Shown here one piece after another: positions 36,103 through 46,549 of a stretch of DNA of 64,000 nt. The DNA lies in NCBI GenBank assembly GCA_040755455.1, contig JBFMAY010000002.1:64001-128000 (forward strand). The letters run 5' to 3'. Numbering within the stretch: position 1 is the stretch's first letter; each line of letters begins with the position of its first letter. The translations under genes and the position numbers were made by a program. This DNA is from Thermodesulfobacteriota bacterium (GTDB lineage: Bacteria; Desulfobacterota; Desulfobulbia; Desulfobulbales; SURF-16). The notes beneath the pieces were generated by a model, which was not told the origin of the DNA, did not search any database, and was given only the letters and a program-made list of their open reading frames with translations.

Positions 36103-36972
36103 ATGAGAGTACGCAAAGCAGTGATTCCTGTTGCAGGTCTCGGTACACGTTTTCTGCCGGCAAGCAAGGCCATCCCCAAAGAGATGCTCACCGTGGTTGA
36201 CCGGCCCACCATCCAGTACATTGTCGAGGAGGCGGTCGCCTCGGGCATTGAAGAGGTCATCCTCATCACCAGTGAAGGCAAGGCTGCCATTGAAAACCAT
36301 TTTGACTATAATTTCCACCTTGACACCGTCTTGAACGCTAAGAAGAAAACCAAGCTGGCCGAAGAGATGCGCCACCTGTCAAATCTCATCGATATTGTTT
36401 CCGTGCGCCAGAAAAAGCCCCTGGGCCTGGGCCATGCCATCTGGACCGCCAGAAGCGTGGTGGGCCAGGAGCCGTTTGTCGTGCTCCTCGGCGATGACCT
36501 GGTGCTGAGCGAGCCGCCATGCACCAAACAGATGATCGACCTGTTCAATGAAGTGCAGGAATCGGTAGTGGCCGTGCAGCGGGTGCCCATTGAGGATACA
36601 TTTCAGTACGGCATCGTCGAAGGCAAACATTTAAGCAAGCGGGTCATCAAGGTCGACCGCATGATGGAAAAACCGGCGCCCGGCACCACCATGTCGGACA
36701 TGGCCATTATCGGCCGCTATATCCTGCAGCCCGACATCTTTGACATACTGGAGAAGACCACCCCCGGGCATGGCGGAGAAATCCAGCTCACCGACGCCCT
36801 GCTTGCCCTGACAAACAAGAGAGGCATGTACGCCTTTGAATTTGACGGCACCCGTTTCGACGCCGGAGACAAACTGGGCTACCTCAAGGCGATCATCGCC
36901 TTTGCCCTGCGCCATCCTGATCTCTGTGAAGATTTCAGCGAGCATCTCAAGGAAGTCGCCTCCCACTTATGA
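36103..36972 (+). CDS. galU: UTP--glucose-1-phosphate uridylyltransferase
   Basis: KAVIPVAGLGTRFLPASKAIPKEML, VRQ..PLGLGHA, GEIQLTDAL. Confidence 0.97.
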   Translation: MRVRKAVIPVAGLGTRFLPASKAIPKEMLTVVDRPTIQYIVEEAVASGIEEVILITSEGKAAIENHFDYNFHLDTVLNAKKKTKLAEEMRHLSNLIDIVSVRQKKPLGLGHAIWTARSVVGQEPFVVLLGDDLVLSEPPCTKQMIDLFNEVQESVVAVQRVPIEDTFQYGIVEGKHLSKRVIKVDRMMEKPAPGTTMSDMAIIGRYILQPDIFDILEKTTPGHGGEIQLTDALLALTNKRGMYAFEFDGTRFDAGDKLGYLKAIIAFALRHPDLCEDFSEHLKEVASHL

Positions 36973-39425
36973 TCCACCTGGAAGTGGCGGTGGCTGCCCC
37001 GGTCACCGAGACTCTTACCTACAGTTTTCCGGCTGCGGATGCCGCGCAGCTTGATGTGGGGACGAGATTGCTCGTCCCCCTGGGGCGCAGGCAGGTCACC
37101 GGTTACCTGCTGGCCATAAGGCCTGCCGGTGCGGCGCCTTACCAGATAAAACCGGTGACTGAGGTCCTGGACGGCAAACCCCTTTTCCCGGCAGGCATGA
37201 TCCCCTTTTTCCGCTGGATCGCCTCCTATTACCGCTATCCCCTGGGAGAGGTCATTAAAATCGCCCTGCCGGGCGGCCTGACCCAGCAGAGTGAACGTCA
37301 TGTAAGCCTTACCGCCTCAGGCAGAGAGGTGCTGGCGGATTTTCATGCCGCCCATGGGGCAGACTCCCCTGCCTGGCTGGCCGAGCTGACGGCCCGAGGC
37401 ACCCTTTCCCCGGCCCGGGTCCGTCCCATCTGGCGCTCGGGCAAATGGCGGAGGCTGCTCGAGACATGGCACAACGACGGCCATGTCACCATCAGCGAAG
37501 CCGTCAGCGCCACCCGCGCCAAGGCCAAGACCGAAATCTGCGCCGGGCCTGGACAAAATGCCTCAGCCCTTACCGAGGCCCGGCTGCAAACATCTGAAAA
37601 AAAGACCATGACCCTGCTGCAGGAACTGCTCGGCAATCGTTTCCCGCTAATGGTCCCGGTAAAAGAACTGAACCATATTTACAGCGGGGCAGGCCGGGCG
37701 CTCAAGTCCCTTGCCGACAAAGGTTTTATTTGCCTGCAGGAACAGCAGGTTTTCCGTGATCCCTTCGGCGAGGAACCACCCTTTTTCCCGGAACCACCCC
37801 AGCTCTCCCCGGAGCAGGAGTCGGTGCTGGCCGAACTGCTGCCGGCCATCGGCCGGAAATCATTTACCCCCTTTCTGCTTTTCGGGGTGACGGGCAGCGG
37901 CAAAACGGAAATCTATCTGCAGGCGGCCCGCAAGGTTCTTGCCGAAAAGCGGAGCGTGCTGGTGCTGGTGCCGGAGATTGCCCTGGCCAGCCAGCTAGAG
38001 GCCCATTTCTTCTCCCGCTTCGGCAGGACCGTGGCCCTGCTGCACAGCGGGCTCAGCCAGGGGGAACGCTTTGATCAATGGCACCAGATCATGGGCGGCC
38101 AGGCCCAGATTGTCATCGGCGCCCGCTCGGCCATCTTTGCCCCACTCACCGATCCAGGGCTCATCATTGTCGATGAAGAACATGACAGCGCCTATAAACA
38201 GGAAGACACCTTGCGTTACCAGGCGCGGGATCTGGCGGTGCTGCGGGGAAAACTGCAGCAGTGCCCGGTGCTGCTCGGTTCGGCCACTCCATCGCTGACC
38301 TCCTTCCACCACGCCTCCAGCGGCAAATATCAGCTTCTCACTCTGACAAAGCGTATCGAAGACAGGCCCCTGCCGACAGTTTCCATTGTCGACCTGCGCC
38401 TGCCCCGCAAGGAAACGGGCGGTCACCCTTTTTTCTCCCGGCCGCTTCTTGAGGCAATAAAGGATAATCTGGCCCAGGGGGATCAGAGCATCATCTTTTT
38501 AAACCGGCGCGGTTACGCCAATCTCATGATCTGCGATGATTGCGGCAACCCGGTCAAATGCCTGCACTGCGACATTTCCCTTACCCTGCATAAGAGCGAA
38601 AAAATCCTCTCCTGCCATTACTGCGGCTTTCAGGCCAGAAGCCCCATCATCTGCCCCTCCTGCCGTTCGGCGCGGGTGAAGGAAATCGGCTTCGGCACGG
38701 AGCGGGTGGAGGAGGCGCTCAGAGAACTGTTCCCCCAGGCCCGTATTGCCCGGCTCGATCGTGACACGTCAACAAACCGCAAAGAATTTCTCAAAATCCT
38801 CAAATCGGTCCATCAACAGGAAACTGACATCCTGGTGGGCACCCAGATGATCACCAAAGGCCATCACTTTCCCCATGTCACCCTGGTAGGGGTCATCTGG
38901 GCCGATGCCGGACTGGGCATGCCCGACTTCAAGGCGGGGGAACGCACCTTTCAGCTTATCTCCCAGGTGACGGGCCGGGCGGGGCGGGGCGACAAGCCAG
39001 GCCGGGTCATTATCCAGACCCACCAGCCTGACCACTACTCCATTACCAATGCGGAGCATCACGATTACCGCGGTTTTTACGAAAAAGAGCTGCGGTTGCG
39101 GCAGGCCCTGCAGTACCCCCCTTTTTCCCGGCTTATCAACCTGCGTTTTGCCGGAGACAATGAGGAGCTTGTCCGCAGCGCGGCAACCCATACCGCCCAG
39201 CAGGCACGGCCACTGGCGGAAATTTCCCGGCTCAGCCTGCTGGGGCCTGCGGCAGCCCCTCTGGCCAGAATCAGAGACAAATACCGCTGGCAGCTCCTGG
39301 TGAAAGGAACAGACAGCAAGGCCCTGCACATGCTGTGCGACGGTCTTGCCGCCCATCCCGTTCCCCCTGTCCGTACCGCAAAAGTCACAATGGTGGTGGA
39401 CGTGGACCCCGAAAGCATGCTATAA
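36969..39425 (+). CDS. priA: Primosomal protein N'
   Basis: GVTGSGKTEIY, VPEIAL, DEEHD..YKQ, four CxxC zinc motifs, QVTGRAGR. Confidence 0.97.
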   Translation: MIHLEVAVAAPVTETLTYSFPAADAAQLDVGTRLLVPLGRRQVTGYLLAIRPAGAAPYQIKPVTEVLDGKPLFPAGMIPFFRWIASYYRYPLGEVIKIALPGGLTQQSERHVSLTASGREVLADFHAAHGADSPAWLAELTARGTLSPARVRPIWRSGKWRRLLETWHNDGHVTISEAVSATRAKAKTEICAGPGQNASALTEARLQTSEKKTMTLLQELLGNRFPLMVPVKELNHIYSGAGRALKSLADKGFICLQEQQVFRDPFGEEPPFFPEPPQLSPEQESVLAELLPAIGRKSFTPFLLFGVTGSGKTEIYLQAARKVLAEKRSVLVLVPEIALASQLEAHFFSRFGRTVALLHSGLSQGERFDQWHQIMGGQAQIVIGARSAIFAPLTDPGLIIVDEEHDSAYKQEDTLRYQARDLAVLRGKLQQCPVLLGSATPSLTSFHHASSGKYQLLTLTKRIEDRPLPTVSIVDLRLPRKETGGHPFFSRPLLEAIKDNLAQGDQSIIFLNRRGYANLMICDDCGNPVKCLHCDISLTLHKSEKILSCHYCGFQARSPIICPSCRSARVKEIGFGTERVEEALRELFPQARIARLDRDTSTNRKEFLKILKSVHQQETDILVGTQMITKGHHFPHVTLVGVIWADAGLGMPDFKAGERTFQLISQVTGRAGRGDKPGRVIIQTHQPDHYSITNAEHHDYRGFYEKELRLRQALQYPPFSRLINLRFAGDNEELVRSAATHTAQQARPLAEISRLSLLGPAAAPLARIRDKYRWQLLVKGTDSKALHMLCDGLAAHPVPPVRTAKVTMVVDVDPESML

Positions 39426-39569
39426 AGGCCATGCGATTTTTCGCCCATAAATCCGGTGGCGGTCATGCAAGTTATTGCTTGAAGCCGCTGCTGCTTTCTG
39501 TTAAAAATTTTTCCTGTTATTTACAGGCCATAGTCACTCTTACTTTTAAACTCAAACGATAACGATACC

Positions 39570-40034
39570 ATGCACGCTTCTTTCACTTCATCAAGACTTG
39601 TTCTCTTTGCCCTGCTCGCCATCGTATTTTTTATTGCCGGCTGCTCGGATGAGAAGAAGGAGACACAACAACCCGCAGCCGTTCAACAGAAATCCATATT
39701 TACGCAGGAGCCCGCCGCTCCATTCCGCTCCATTACGGTTGCCGAGGCAAAAGCACTGATTGAGAAACGGCCGGACATCGTGATTCTGGACATCCGCACC
39801 CCCGAGGAACTCAGGGAAGGGGCAATTGAGGGGTCCACGCTGGTGCCGTTCTGGGCCATCATGCAGAACAAACTCAAACTGCCGAAAGAGACGCCGATCG
39901 TGCTTGTCTGCGCGGTGGGGGGCCGAAGTTATGCGGCAGGCCAGATGCTGGTTAAATACGGCTACAAGGAAGTTTATAATGTCAGCGGCGGTCTTGTCGC
40001 CTGGAAGGAAGCCGGGCTCCCGGTGAAGTACTAA
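39570..40034 (+). CDS. Rhodanese-like domain lipoprotein
   Basis: Lipobox IAGC; LDIRTPEE...G.I.GS, VCAVGGRS active-site loop, GGLVAW. Confidence 0.88.
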   Translation: MHASFTSSRLVLFALLAIVFFIAGCSDEKKETQQPAAVQQKSIFTQEPAAPFRSITVAEAKALIEKRPDIVILDIRTPEELREGAIEGSTLVPFWAIMQNKLKLPKETPIVLVCAVGGRSYAAGQMLVKYGYKEVYNVSGGLVAWKEAGLPVKY

Positions 40035-40143
40035 AAAAACCGGCAAAACTGCTCATGGGTCCCCTGGTACCGACGCAGCAGGGAGTTGCCCGCGCCCTGT
40101 TCCACGCTGACAAACGGGCAGAAAATCGACAGGAAGTGAAATC

Positions 40144-40183
40144 AAAAAAGCCCCCGCATCCGCCGCGGATGACAGGGGCTTTT
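40144..40183. terminator. Bidirectional terminator-like hairpin
   Basis: aaaaaagcccc...ggggctttt between convergent genes. Confidence 0.65.
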
Positions 40184-40205
40184 GTTGTTTCCTGGCAGGA
40201 CTGTA

Positions 40206-41156
40206 TTAAAACTTGAAGGTCAGCATGGCATCGATCAGGATCCTTTCATCGAGCAATGTTTCCTCATTGTCCGTCAGCGGGAACTCATAGGCCGCCCCGA
40301 TGTCAAGCCACTGGGTGATACGGAAACGAGCACCAAGGGCCATGGTTACCAGATCCTTGTTATCGTCGTTGTATTCGCCGCCGAGATTGATGATATCGCA
40401 GGGATTAAAGGTGGCAATCGCCGCCACCAGATCCGCCTGGTTTTCGACATCCCCCAGGTCCCGGTCACCGGCGCTCAGCACATGGAAATGATTGAGCTCC
40501 ACCAGCGGCCTGAACCAGTCGGTCACGGCATAGCTCACATTCCATGAATCATAGAGCATGGTGTTTTCCTCATCACTGTCAAAGGGAAGGACAAAACCCA
40601 CCGTGCCGGAAAACTGCAGCTGATCCCAGCCCTTGAGGAAGAGAATGGCCGGGGCCACATTGCCGCTGCCGTTCCCCTGGTAAACCTCGCTCTCGCCACT
40701 GGTACTTTCATAGACCAGGCGGCCGCTCACGATGAAATCCTGGGCCGGATTATAGATGAAGGAATACTGGAGGCCGGCGGCAATATCCAACCAGCCGCTG
40801 TGGTCATCCAGGGTCTCGTCTGGCTCACAGTCCACATAGCCGTCCTTTACCGCCACCAGCGAGAAGCGTTCATTAAAGGCGTAACTGAACTGCAGGGCCG
40901 CGCCATCCACATCGCCCCCCAGATCCACCTTGGCTTTCGTGCCGCCGATATTCACCTTGATCTTGTCCGGCAGTGACTGGGTTAACAGAATGGGCCGCAC
41001 CATCGTCACATTGCGGGCATCGCCGTTATATACCGGGTTGCTCACCGGCATCTGAAAACGGTCAAAATCCTCCGCCGCCGCCATCTGCGGCACGGAAAGC
41101 GCCACAAACAGCAGGGTTCCTACGCTGCAAGCTGTTGTTGTCATTCTTTTCGTCAT
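40206..41156 (-). CDS. Putative outer-membrane beta-barrel protein
   Basis: Sec signal peptide (..QMAAA), alternating amphipathic strands, C-terminal Phe (LTFKF). Confidence 0.7.
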   Translation of the reverse strand: MTKRMTTTACSVGTLLFVALSVPQMAAAEDFDRFQMPVSNPVYNGDARNVTMVRPILLTQSLPDKIKVNIGGTKAKVDLGGDVDGAALQFSYAFNERFSLVAVKDGYVDCEPDETLDDHSGWLDIAAGLQYSFIYNPAQDFIVSGRLVYESTSGESEVYQGNGSGNVAPAILFLKGWDQLQFSGTVGFVLPFDSDEENTMLYDSWNVSYAVTDWFRPLVELNHFHVLSAGDRDLGDVENQADLVAAIATFNPCDIINLGGEYNDDNKDLVTMALGARFRITQWLDIGAAYEFPLTDNEETLLDERILIDAMLTFKF

Positions 41157-41349
41157 GGTCTCACCTTACACTCCTCATATTATTGATAATGCCAGCTTGA
41201 AGCCCTCCGCCTCAAACCGCCACTGCAAAAAACCGGCTCAATCCGTCTTTGCTGCCGGGAGCTTTCATTGCTCAGATATTCACCAGCGCTGCAAGGGTAA
41301 TCCGTTACAAATGACATCCAGCTTGACCTCAGCAGCCACAATGCTTAAT

Positions 41350-41368
41350 TATAATAATAATTTTTATT
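41350..41368. promoter_or_regulatory. Fur-box-like site upstream of the beta-barrel gene
   Basis: tataataataatttttatt matches GATAATGATAATCATTATC at 14/19 positions; AT-rich context makes a chance match possible. Confidence 0.35.
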
Positions 41369-41689
41369 GTGGAAATACGCACTAGCTAGGTAAAAGTACC
41401 TAATGATATTGTATCCACCCAGTGCCGTCAAGGGCAAATTGGCAATATTTTTTGTTTTCTTCGCGAAATAGATACCAGCAACAAGCCCTATTCCGCATTT
41501 TTCGTCAACCACTGGCACAACCGGGTGAAATTGCACAGCGCGACTACGGCTGCAAAAACCGAAAACAGGGTCGCCATTGTCCTTCATTTTCTTTAATTTC
41601 TGTTTTTTTCTAGTGCTCGCGGTAAAAAAAAGTTACATTTACAATTGAGTTACTGTGATAATTAAATCAATAACATCAACCTGGTAAAA

Positions 41690-42223
41690 ATGGCAATACG
41701 AGAAATTTTAAAATATCCAAATCCCCTGCTGCGCAAAAAAGCCAGCCCGGTAACCGAATTCAATACCCAGCTCAAGGAACTGATCGCCGACATGGCAGAA
41801 ACCATGTACGCTGCCCCGGGAGTCGGTCTGGCGGCAAACCAGATAGGGGTGCTGAAGCAGATTGTCGTGGTGGATGTCAGCCCCAAGGAGGAAAAAAACA
41901 GGCTGATCCCGCTGATCAATCCGGAAATCCTGGAGGGTGAAGGTTCGGTGATTGACGAGGAAGGCTGTTTAAGCGTGGTGGATTACTCCGCCAATGTGGA
42001 GCGCTTTTCCCATATCAAGGTGCAGGCCCGGGACCTGGAAGGCCGAGCGATTCAATTTGAGGCAGAGGGCTGGTTTGCCAGGGTTATCCAGCATGAGATC
42101 GATCACCTGGACGGCAAACTCTTCATCGACCATCTCAGCTCCCTGAAGCGGGCCCTGTACAAGAAAAAACGCCGAAAGCAGCTCAAAGAGGAAGAGGAAG
42201 AGGCGACGCAAGATGATCGATAA
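41690..42223 (+). CDS. def: Peptide deformylase
   Basis: GVGLAANQIG, EGCLS, QHEIDHLDG. Confidence 0.97.
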   Translation: MAIREILKYPNPLLRKKASPVTEFNTQLKELIADMAETMYAAPGVGLAANQIGVLKQIVVVDVSPKEEKNRLIPLINPEILEGEGSVIDEEGCLSVVDYSANVERFSHIKVQARDLEGRAIQFEAEGWFARVIQHEIDHLDGKLFIDHLSSLKRALYKKKRRKQLKEEEEEATQDDR

Positions 42224-43163
42224 AATCAGCCGCATTATTTTCATGGGCACGCCGGACTTTGCCGTTCCCAGCCTGCAGGCCCTTCTCGACCACAAGGAAA
42301 ATGTGGTGGCGGTGGTGACCCAGCCTGACCGCCCCAAGGGAAGAGGAAGAAAACTGACCCCGCCTCCGGTCAAGGTCCTTGCCGAACATGCCGGAATTCC
42401 CGTGCTGCAGCCGACAAAAATCAAAACCGAGGAATATCTCGACACCATCCGGGAACTTGCCCCTGACCTGATTATCGTCACCGCCTACGGCAGAATTCTG
42501 CCGGGGCCCCTGCTGCGCCTGCCCCCGCTGGGCACAATCAACGTGCATGGCTCCCTGCTCCCCAGATACCGTGGCGCCGCGCCCGTCCAGCGGGCCATTC
42601 TGGCAGGCGAGCGGGAAACCGGCATCACCATCATGCAGATGGATGAAGGGATGGACACGGGCGACATCCTCCTGCAGGACAGCCTGCTCATCAAAGCAGA
42701 TGACACCTCGGCAACCCTGGCGGCGAAAATGTCCCGGCTCGGCGGCCGGCTGCTTGTCGAGGCCCTGGAACTGCTGCGCAAGGATGAACTCACCCCGGCC
42801 AGGCAGGACAATCATCTGGCCACCGAGGCCCCGCCGCTCAATAAAGAGGAGGCGGAAATCGACTGGACCAGATCAGCTTTTGCCATCAGCTGCCAGATCC
42901 GGGGCCTTGATCCATGGCCTCTGGCCCACACCGAGTACGACGGGCAGCTCCTTCGCCTTTTCAGCCCAACCGTCATCAGCGGGGAACCGACGGAACCGCC
43001 GGGCACGCTGTGCCGCATTGACCGGGATGGCATGATGATCGCCACGGGTCACGATTATCTCCTGGTGCGGGAAGTGCAGCGGGAGGGCGCCAACCGCATG
43101 ACTGTTCAGGCCTTTCTGCAGGGCAGACCGCTGAAGACCGGCGTACGGTTCGGGATAAAATGA
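42213..43163 (+). CDS. fmt: Methionyl-tRNA formyltransferase
   Basis: IIFMGTPDFA, VVTQPDRP.GRG, INVHGSLLPRYRGAAP. Confidence 0.97.
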   Translation: MIDKISRIIFMGTPDFAVPSLQALLDHKENVVAVVTQPDRPKGRGRKLTPPPVKVLAEHAGIPVLQPTKIKTEEYLDTIRELAPDLIIVTAYGRILPGPLLRLPPLGTINVHGSLLPRYRGAAPVQRAILAGERETGITIMQMDEGMDTGDILLQDSLLIKADDTSATLAAKMSRLGGRLLVEALELLRKDELTPARQDNHLATEAPPLNKEEAEIDWTRSAFAISCQIRGLDPWPLAHTEYDGQLLRLFSPTVISGEPTEPPGTLCRIDRDGMMIATGHDYLLVREVQREGANRMTVQAFLQGRPLKTGVRFGIK

Positions 43164-44347
43164 TTGTTGCTTACGTAGACGCCTTTTCCGGCATAAGCGG
43201 CGATATGTTTCTCGGCGCCCTGCTCGACGCCGGCCTGCCCGAAGAAATCCTCAAAAAAGAACTGGCCGAACTTGCCCTGGACGGCTACCAGCTGCACGCC
43301 GCCAAAACAGAACAGCGCAGCCTGTCCGCCACAAAAATCAGCATCACCATCGCACATGACCACCAGCACCGCACCTTGCGCACCATCAGCAAACTGCTTG
43401 ACAACAGCGCCCTGCCCCCTGCGGTAAAAGAAACATCCCTGGCCGTTTTCAACGCACTTGCCCAGGCCGAGGCCCGGGTGCACGGCTGTGCGCCAGACGA
43501 GGTCCACTTCCATGAGGTCGGCGCGGCGGATGCCATCATTGATATTGTCGGGGCGGCCATCGGGCTGCATTACTTCGGCATTGAGCAACTTATCGCGTCC
43601 CCCCTGCCCCTGGCCCAGGGCTGGGTCGACTGCGCCCACGGCAAACTGCCCCTGCCGGCCCCCGCCGTCTGCGAGCTGGTCAAAGGTCTGCCGGTTTATG
43701 GCACGGAGCTGGCTCAGGAGCTGGTCACCCCCACCGGGGCGGCCATCCTCAAAGGATGCTGCCGCTCCTTCGGCCCTTTCCCGCCCATGAAAATAGAGCG
43801 GGTGGGATACGGGGCGGGCAGCCACCAGCTGGCGGACGGCCGTCCCAACCTGCTGCGGCTGGTTATCGGTACTGCCGCCCAGGTGACGGAAGCCCAGGAG
43901 GTGGAGGTCATCGAGACCCACCTTGACGACTGGCAGCCGGAGGGTTTCCCCTTTCTCAGCGAACAGCTTTTTGCCAGGGCCGCCCTTGACGTTGCCTTAA
44001 TTCCCATGCAGATGAAGAAAGGCCGGCCCGGCTTTCTCCTGCGGGTGGTGGCCGAACCGGCCGCTGCCTGGGAAATCAAGCGCTGCATCCTGACGGAGAG
44101 CACGGCCATCGGGCTGCGCTTTCACCGGGAAGGACGCTGGACCCTGCCCCGGGAAACAGGGACCGTTGCCACCAGCCTTGGGCAGATTGGCGTTAAAAAG
44201 GTGACAACGCCGGCCGGGGACATCCTGTATCCCGAATATGAAGATTGCCGCAGACTAGCTTTGGCAAAGGGGATTCCCTTACAACAGGTTTACCGGGAAG
44301 TCGCCAGGACGCCCCTGGAAAATTTCAGGAAAGAGGATCATGGATAA
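43160..44347 (+). CDS. larC: Nickel pincer cofactor biosynthesis protein LarC
   Basis: SGISGDMFLGAL, VHFHEVG..D.IIDIVG, ELVTPTGAA, MKKGRPG, PEYEDC. Confidence 0.95.
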   Translation: MIVAYVDAFSGISGDMFLGALLDAGLPEEILKKELAELALDGYQLHAAKTEQRSLSATKISITIAHDHQHRTLRTISKLLDNSALPPAVKETSLAVFNALAQAEARVHGCAPDEVHFHEVGAADAIIDIVGAAIGLHYFGIEQLIASPLPLAQGWVDCAHGKLPLPAPAVCELVKGLPVYGTELAQELVTPTGAAILKGCCRSFGPFPPMKIERVGYGAGSHQLADGRPNLLRLVIGTAAQVTEAQEVEVIETHLDDWQPEGFPFLSEQLFARAALDVALIPMQMKKGRPGFLLRVVAEPAAAWEIKRCILTESTAIGLRFHREGRWTLPRETGTVATSLGQIGVKKVTTPAGDILYPEYEDCRRLALAKGIPLQQVYREVARTPLENFRKEDHG

Positions 44348-44795
44348 ACTGATCATGGCCATTGCCTCGGGACTCTACACCGGCTACCTGCCCATAGCGC
44401 CCGGCACCTGGGGCACCCTGGTCGCCTTCCCCCTGCACTTTCTGCTCATCCGCCTTTCCCAGACAGGCTATTACGCTGCCCTGGCCATTATTTTTACTGT
44501 GGCGGTCCTGGCCGCCGGCAGCGCGGAAAAGATTCTCGACCGGGGCGATCCCGGCGTGGTGGTCATCGATGAGATCATCGGCATGCTCATTGCCCTGATC
44601 GGTGCGCCGGTGAAAGCCGTGCCCATGCTCATCGCCTTCTTTCTGTTCCGTTTTCTTGACATCCTCAAGCCGTTTCCCGCCGGCTGGGTGGACGCCCATC
44701 TGAACGGCGGACTCGGCATCGTCCTCGATGATGTGATAGCAGGCATCTATACCCTGCTCGTCATGCAGGTGTTCAAGATCTGGCTGCACTGGTAG
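44340..44795 (+). CDS. pgpA: Phosphatidylglycerophosphatase A
   Basis: APGTWGT, DPG.VVIDEIIG, FR..DI.KP.P, GG.GIVLDD. Confidence 0.95.
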   Translation: MDKLIMAIASGLYTGYLPIAPGTWGTLVAFPLHFLLIRLSQTGYYAALAIIFTVAVLAAGSAEKILDRGDPGVVVIDEIIGMLIALIGAPVKAVPMLIAFFLFRFLDILKPFPAGWVDAHLNGGLGIVLDDVIAGIYTLLVMQVFKIWLHW

Positions 44796-44880
44796 CTGCC
44801 GGGCGAAAAGATATTCTATGAAGATTTTGCCGCAAATAAGGGCTCAAGCTGTCTTTTCGAAAAAAAACATTCCGCCTACG

Positions 44881-45924
44881 TCAAAGAACCCATTTGTGCC
44901 CTAATGCAGGGGCCAGCTCATTTTTGATCAGCTCCTGAGCCCGGGAAGAGAACGGATAACCGATGACCTCAGGCGCCGGTTCCGCCATGGCCCTGAAAAC
45001 CGCCATGACCGATTCCTCCAGATACTGCAGGTTATACCCCCCTTCCAGGACATACATAAGCTTGCCCGCGGAATACGTCCGGCTGTAATACTTCAGGGCG
45101 CGGGTCACCGTGGCGTACCACTCCGTGGAGAGACAGAGCCGGCTGATGGTATCATGGATATGCCCGTCAAAGCCCGCGGAAACAAGCATGATCTGCGGCT
45201 GATACTGGCAGATGACCTCCTGCAGCACCCTGCCGAGCAGACAGCTGTACTCACTGTCGCCAAAAGAGGGATAGACCGGAATATTGATGTTGTAGCCCGT
45301 TCCCCGGCCGGCGCCCACTTCGCCGATCAGTCCGGACCAGGGGGGAAAAAGGTTGGCCTGGTGGATGGAAAACACCAGCACCCGGTCATCCTCATAAAAG
45401 ATCTCCTGGGTGCCGTTGCAGTGGTGGGCGTCGAAATCAAAGATCAATATCCTTTCCAGTCCGTAATGGTCGCGCAGATAAGCAGCCGTTGCGGCAATAT
45501 TGTTAAAAATACAAAAACCCATGCCTCGCCCCGGCTCGGCATGGTGCCCCGGCGGCCTTATCAGGGCGAAGCCGTAATCGATATCATCAGCCAGCAGGGC
45601 GTCGGCCAGGGTCAGGCAGCCGCCTACGGCCAGCCCTGCCGTATGAAAAGAGTCCTCCATCAGGTAGGTGTCCTTGTCATAGGCAAACTGGTTCTTCCCC
45701 ACGCAGTGGTTGCGCACCTGCTCCAGATAAAAACTGGAATGAATGGCCAGCAGTTCTGCCATGGTTGCTGAGCGTGGCGGATAAAAGCGAAGGATATCCT
45801 GGAATTCCGGCCTGCGGATATTGAAATAGATCCGCCGGAGCCGCTCGGGACATTCCTGCACCGGATTAAAGGCGCGATGATCATAAAACTGCGCATCCGC
45901 GATAATGCCGATCTTTTTGGTCAT
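44881..45924 (-). CDS. Histone deacetylase family (Zn-dependent) deacetylase
   Basis: E.PERL, RPPGHHA, GFCIFNN, DFDAHHCNGTQ, SAGFDGH, LEGGY. Confidence 0.93.
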   Translation of the reverse strand: MTKKIGIIADAQFYDHRAFNPVQECPERLRRIYFNIRRPEFQDILRFYPPRSATMAELLAIHSSFYLEQVRNHCVGKNQFAYDKDTYLMEDSFHTAGLAVGGCLTLADALLADDIDYGFALIRPPGHHAEPGRGMGFCIFNNIAATAAYLRDHYGLERILIFDFDAHHCNGTQEIFYEDDRVLVFSIHQANLFPPWSGLIGEVGAGRGTGYNINIPVYPSFGDSEYSCLLGRVLQEVICQYQPQIMLVSAGFDGHIHDTISRLCLSTEWYATVTRALKYYSRTYSAGKLMYVLEGGYNLQYLEESVMAVFRAMAEPAPEVIGYPFSSRAQELIKNELAPALGHKWVL

Positions 45925-45990
45925 CTGCTATCCTGACTCAGCCGGGAACCATGGCGACAAGGGCGCCTCCCCGCCCCGGCCCCCTCATGT

Positions 45991-46536
45991 CTAATATATA
46001 TAGCCATGCAGTCTGTCATATTCCGCCCTGGTCAAACGGTACAGCTTGCCGCTTCTCTCCTGGCCCAGATCACTGTAAACCTGGCTGTCAAGGAAGGTGA
46101 ACCCCATTTTTTCCAGACAGCGCTGCTGGGCCACATTGCCCTGCTCGGTATGCATTTCCACCTGCCCGTAACGGCAGCAGTCGAACAATCTCTTCACCAG
46201 AATGATCTGGGCTTCGGTTCCATAGCCCTGCCGCCGCCGCTCCGGCAGACATATCTGCAGCGAGACGAGAGCGGTTCTGCTGTCCGCCGGCTTTTCCCAG
46301 AAACGGATGAGGCCGATCAGTTCGCCCTGCCGGATGCCGATGGTATAGGCCCTGGCCCGGTCATTCCAGTAAAAATGACTGGCCATTCTCTCCTGAAATT
46401 TTTCCGGGGTAAGCTTTTCCTGGGACATGAAGCGGCCGGCAGCCTGCGGACAGTTGCTGCAGTGCAGGATAAAGTCCATATCATCCGGCCCGAACTTCTT
46501 CAGCACCAGCCTGGATGAATAGATGACATCCAGCAT
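45991..46536 (-). CDS. GNAT family N-acetyltransferase (RimJ/RimL-like)
   Basis: SRLVLK, PERRRQGYGTEA acetyl-CoA motif A, N.A..R.LEKMGF; start moved to ATG 46536. Confidence 0.88.
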   Translation of the reverse strand: MLDVIYSSRLVLKKFGPDDMDFILHCSNCPQAAGRFMSQEKLTPEKFQERMASHFYWNDRARAYTIGIRQGELIGLIRFWEKPADSRTALVSLQICLPERRRQGYGTEAQIILVKRLFDCCRYGQVEMHTEQGNVAQQRCLEKMGFTFLDSQVYSDLGQERSGKLYRLTRAEYDRLHGYIY

Positions 46537-46549
46537 GCTGCCGTTGCCG

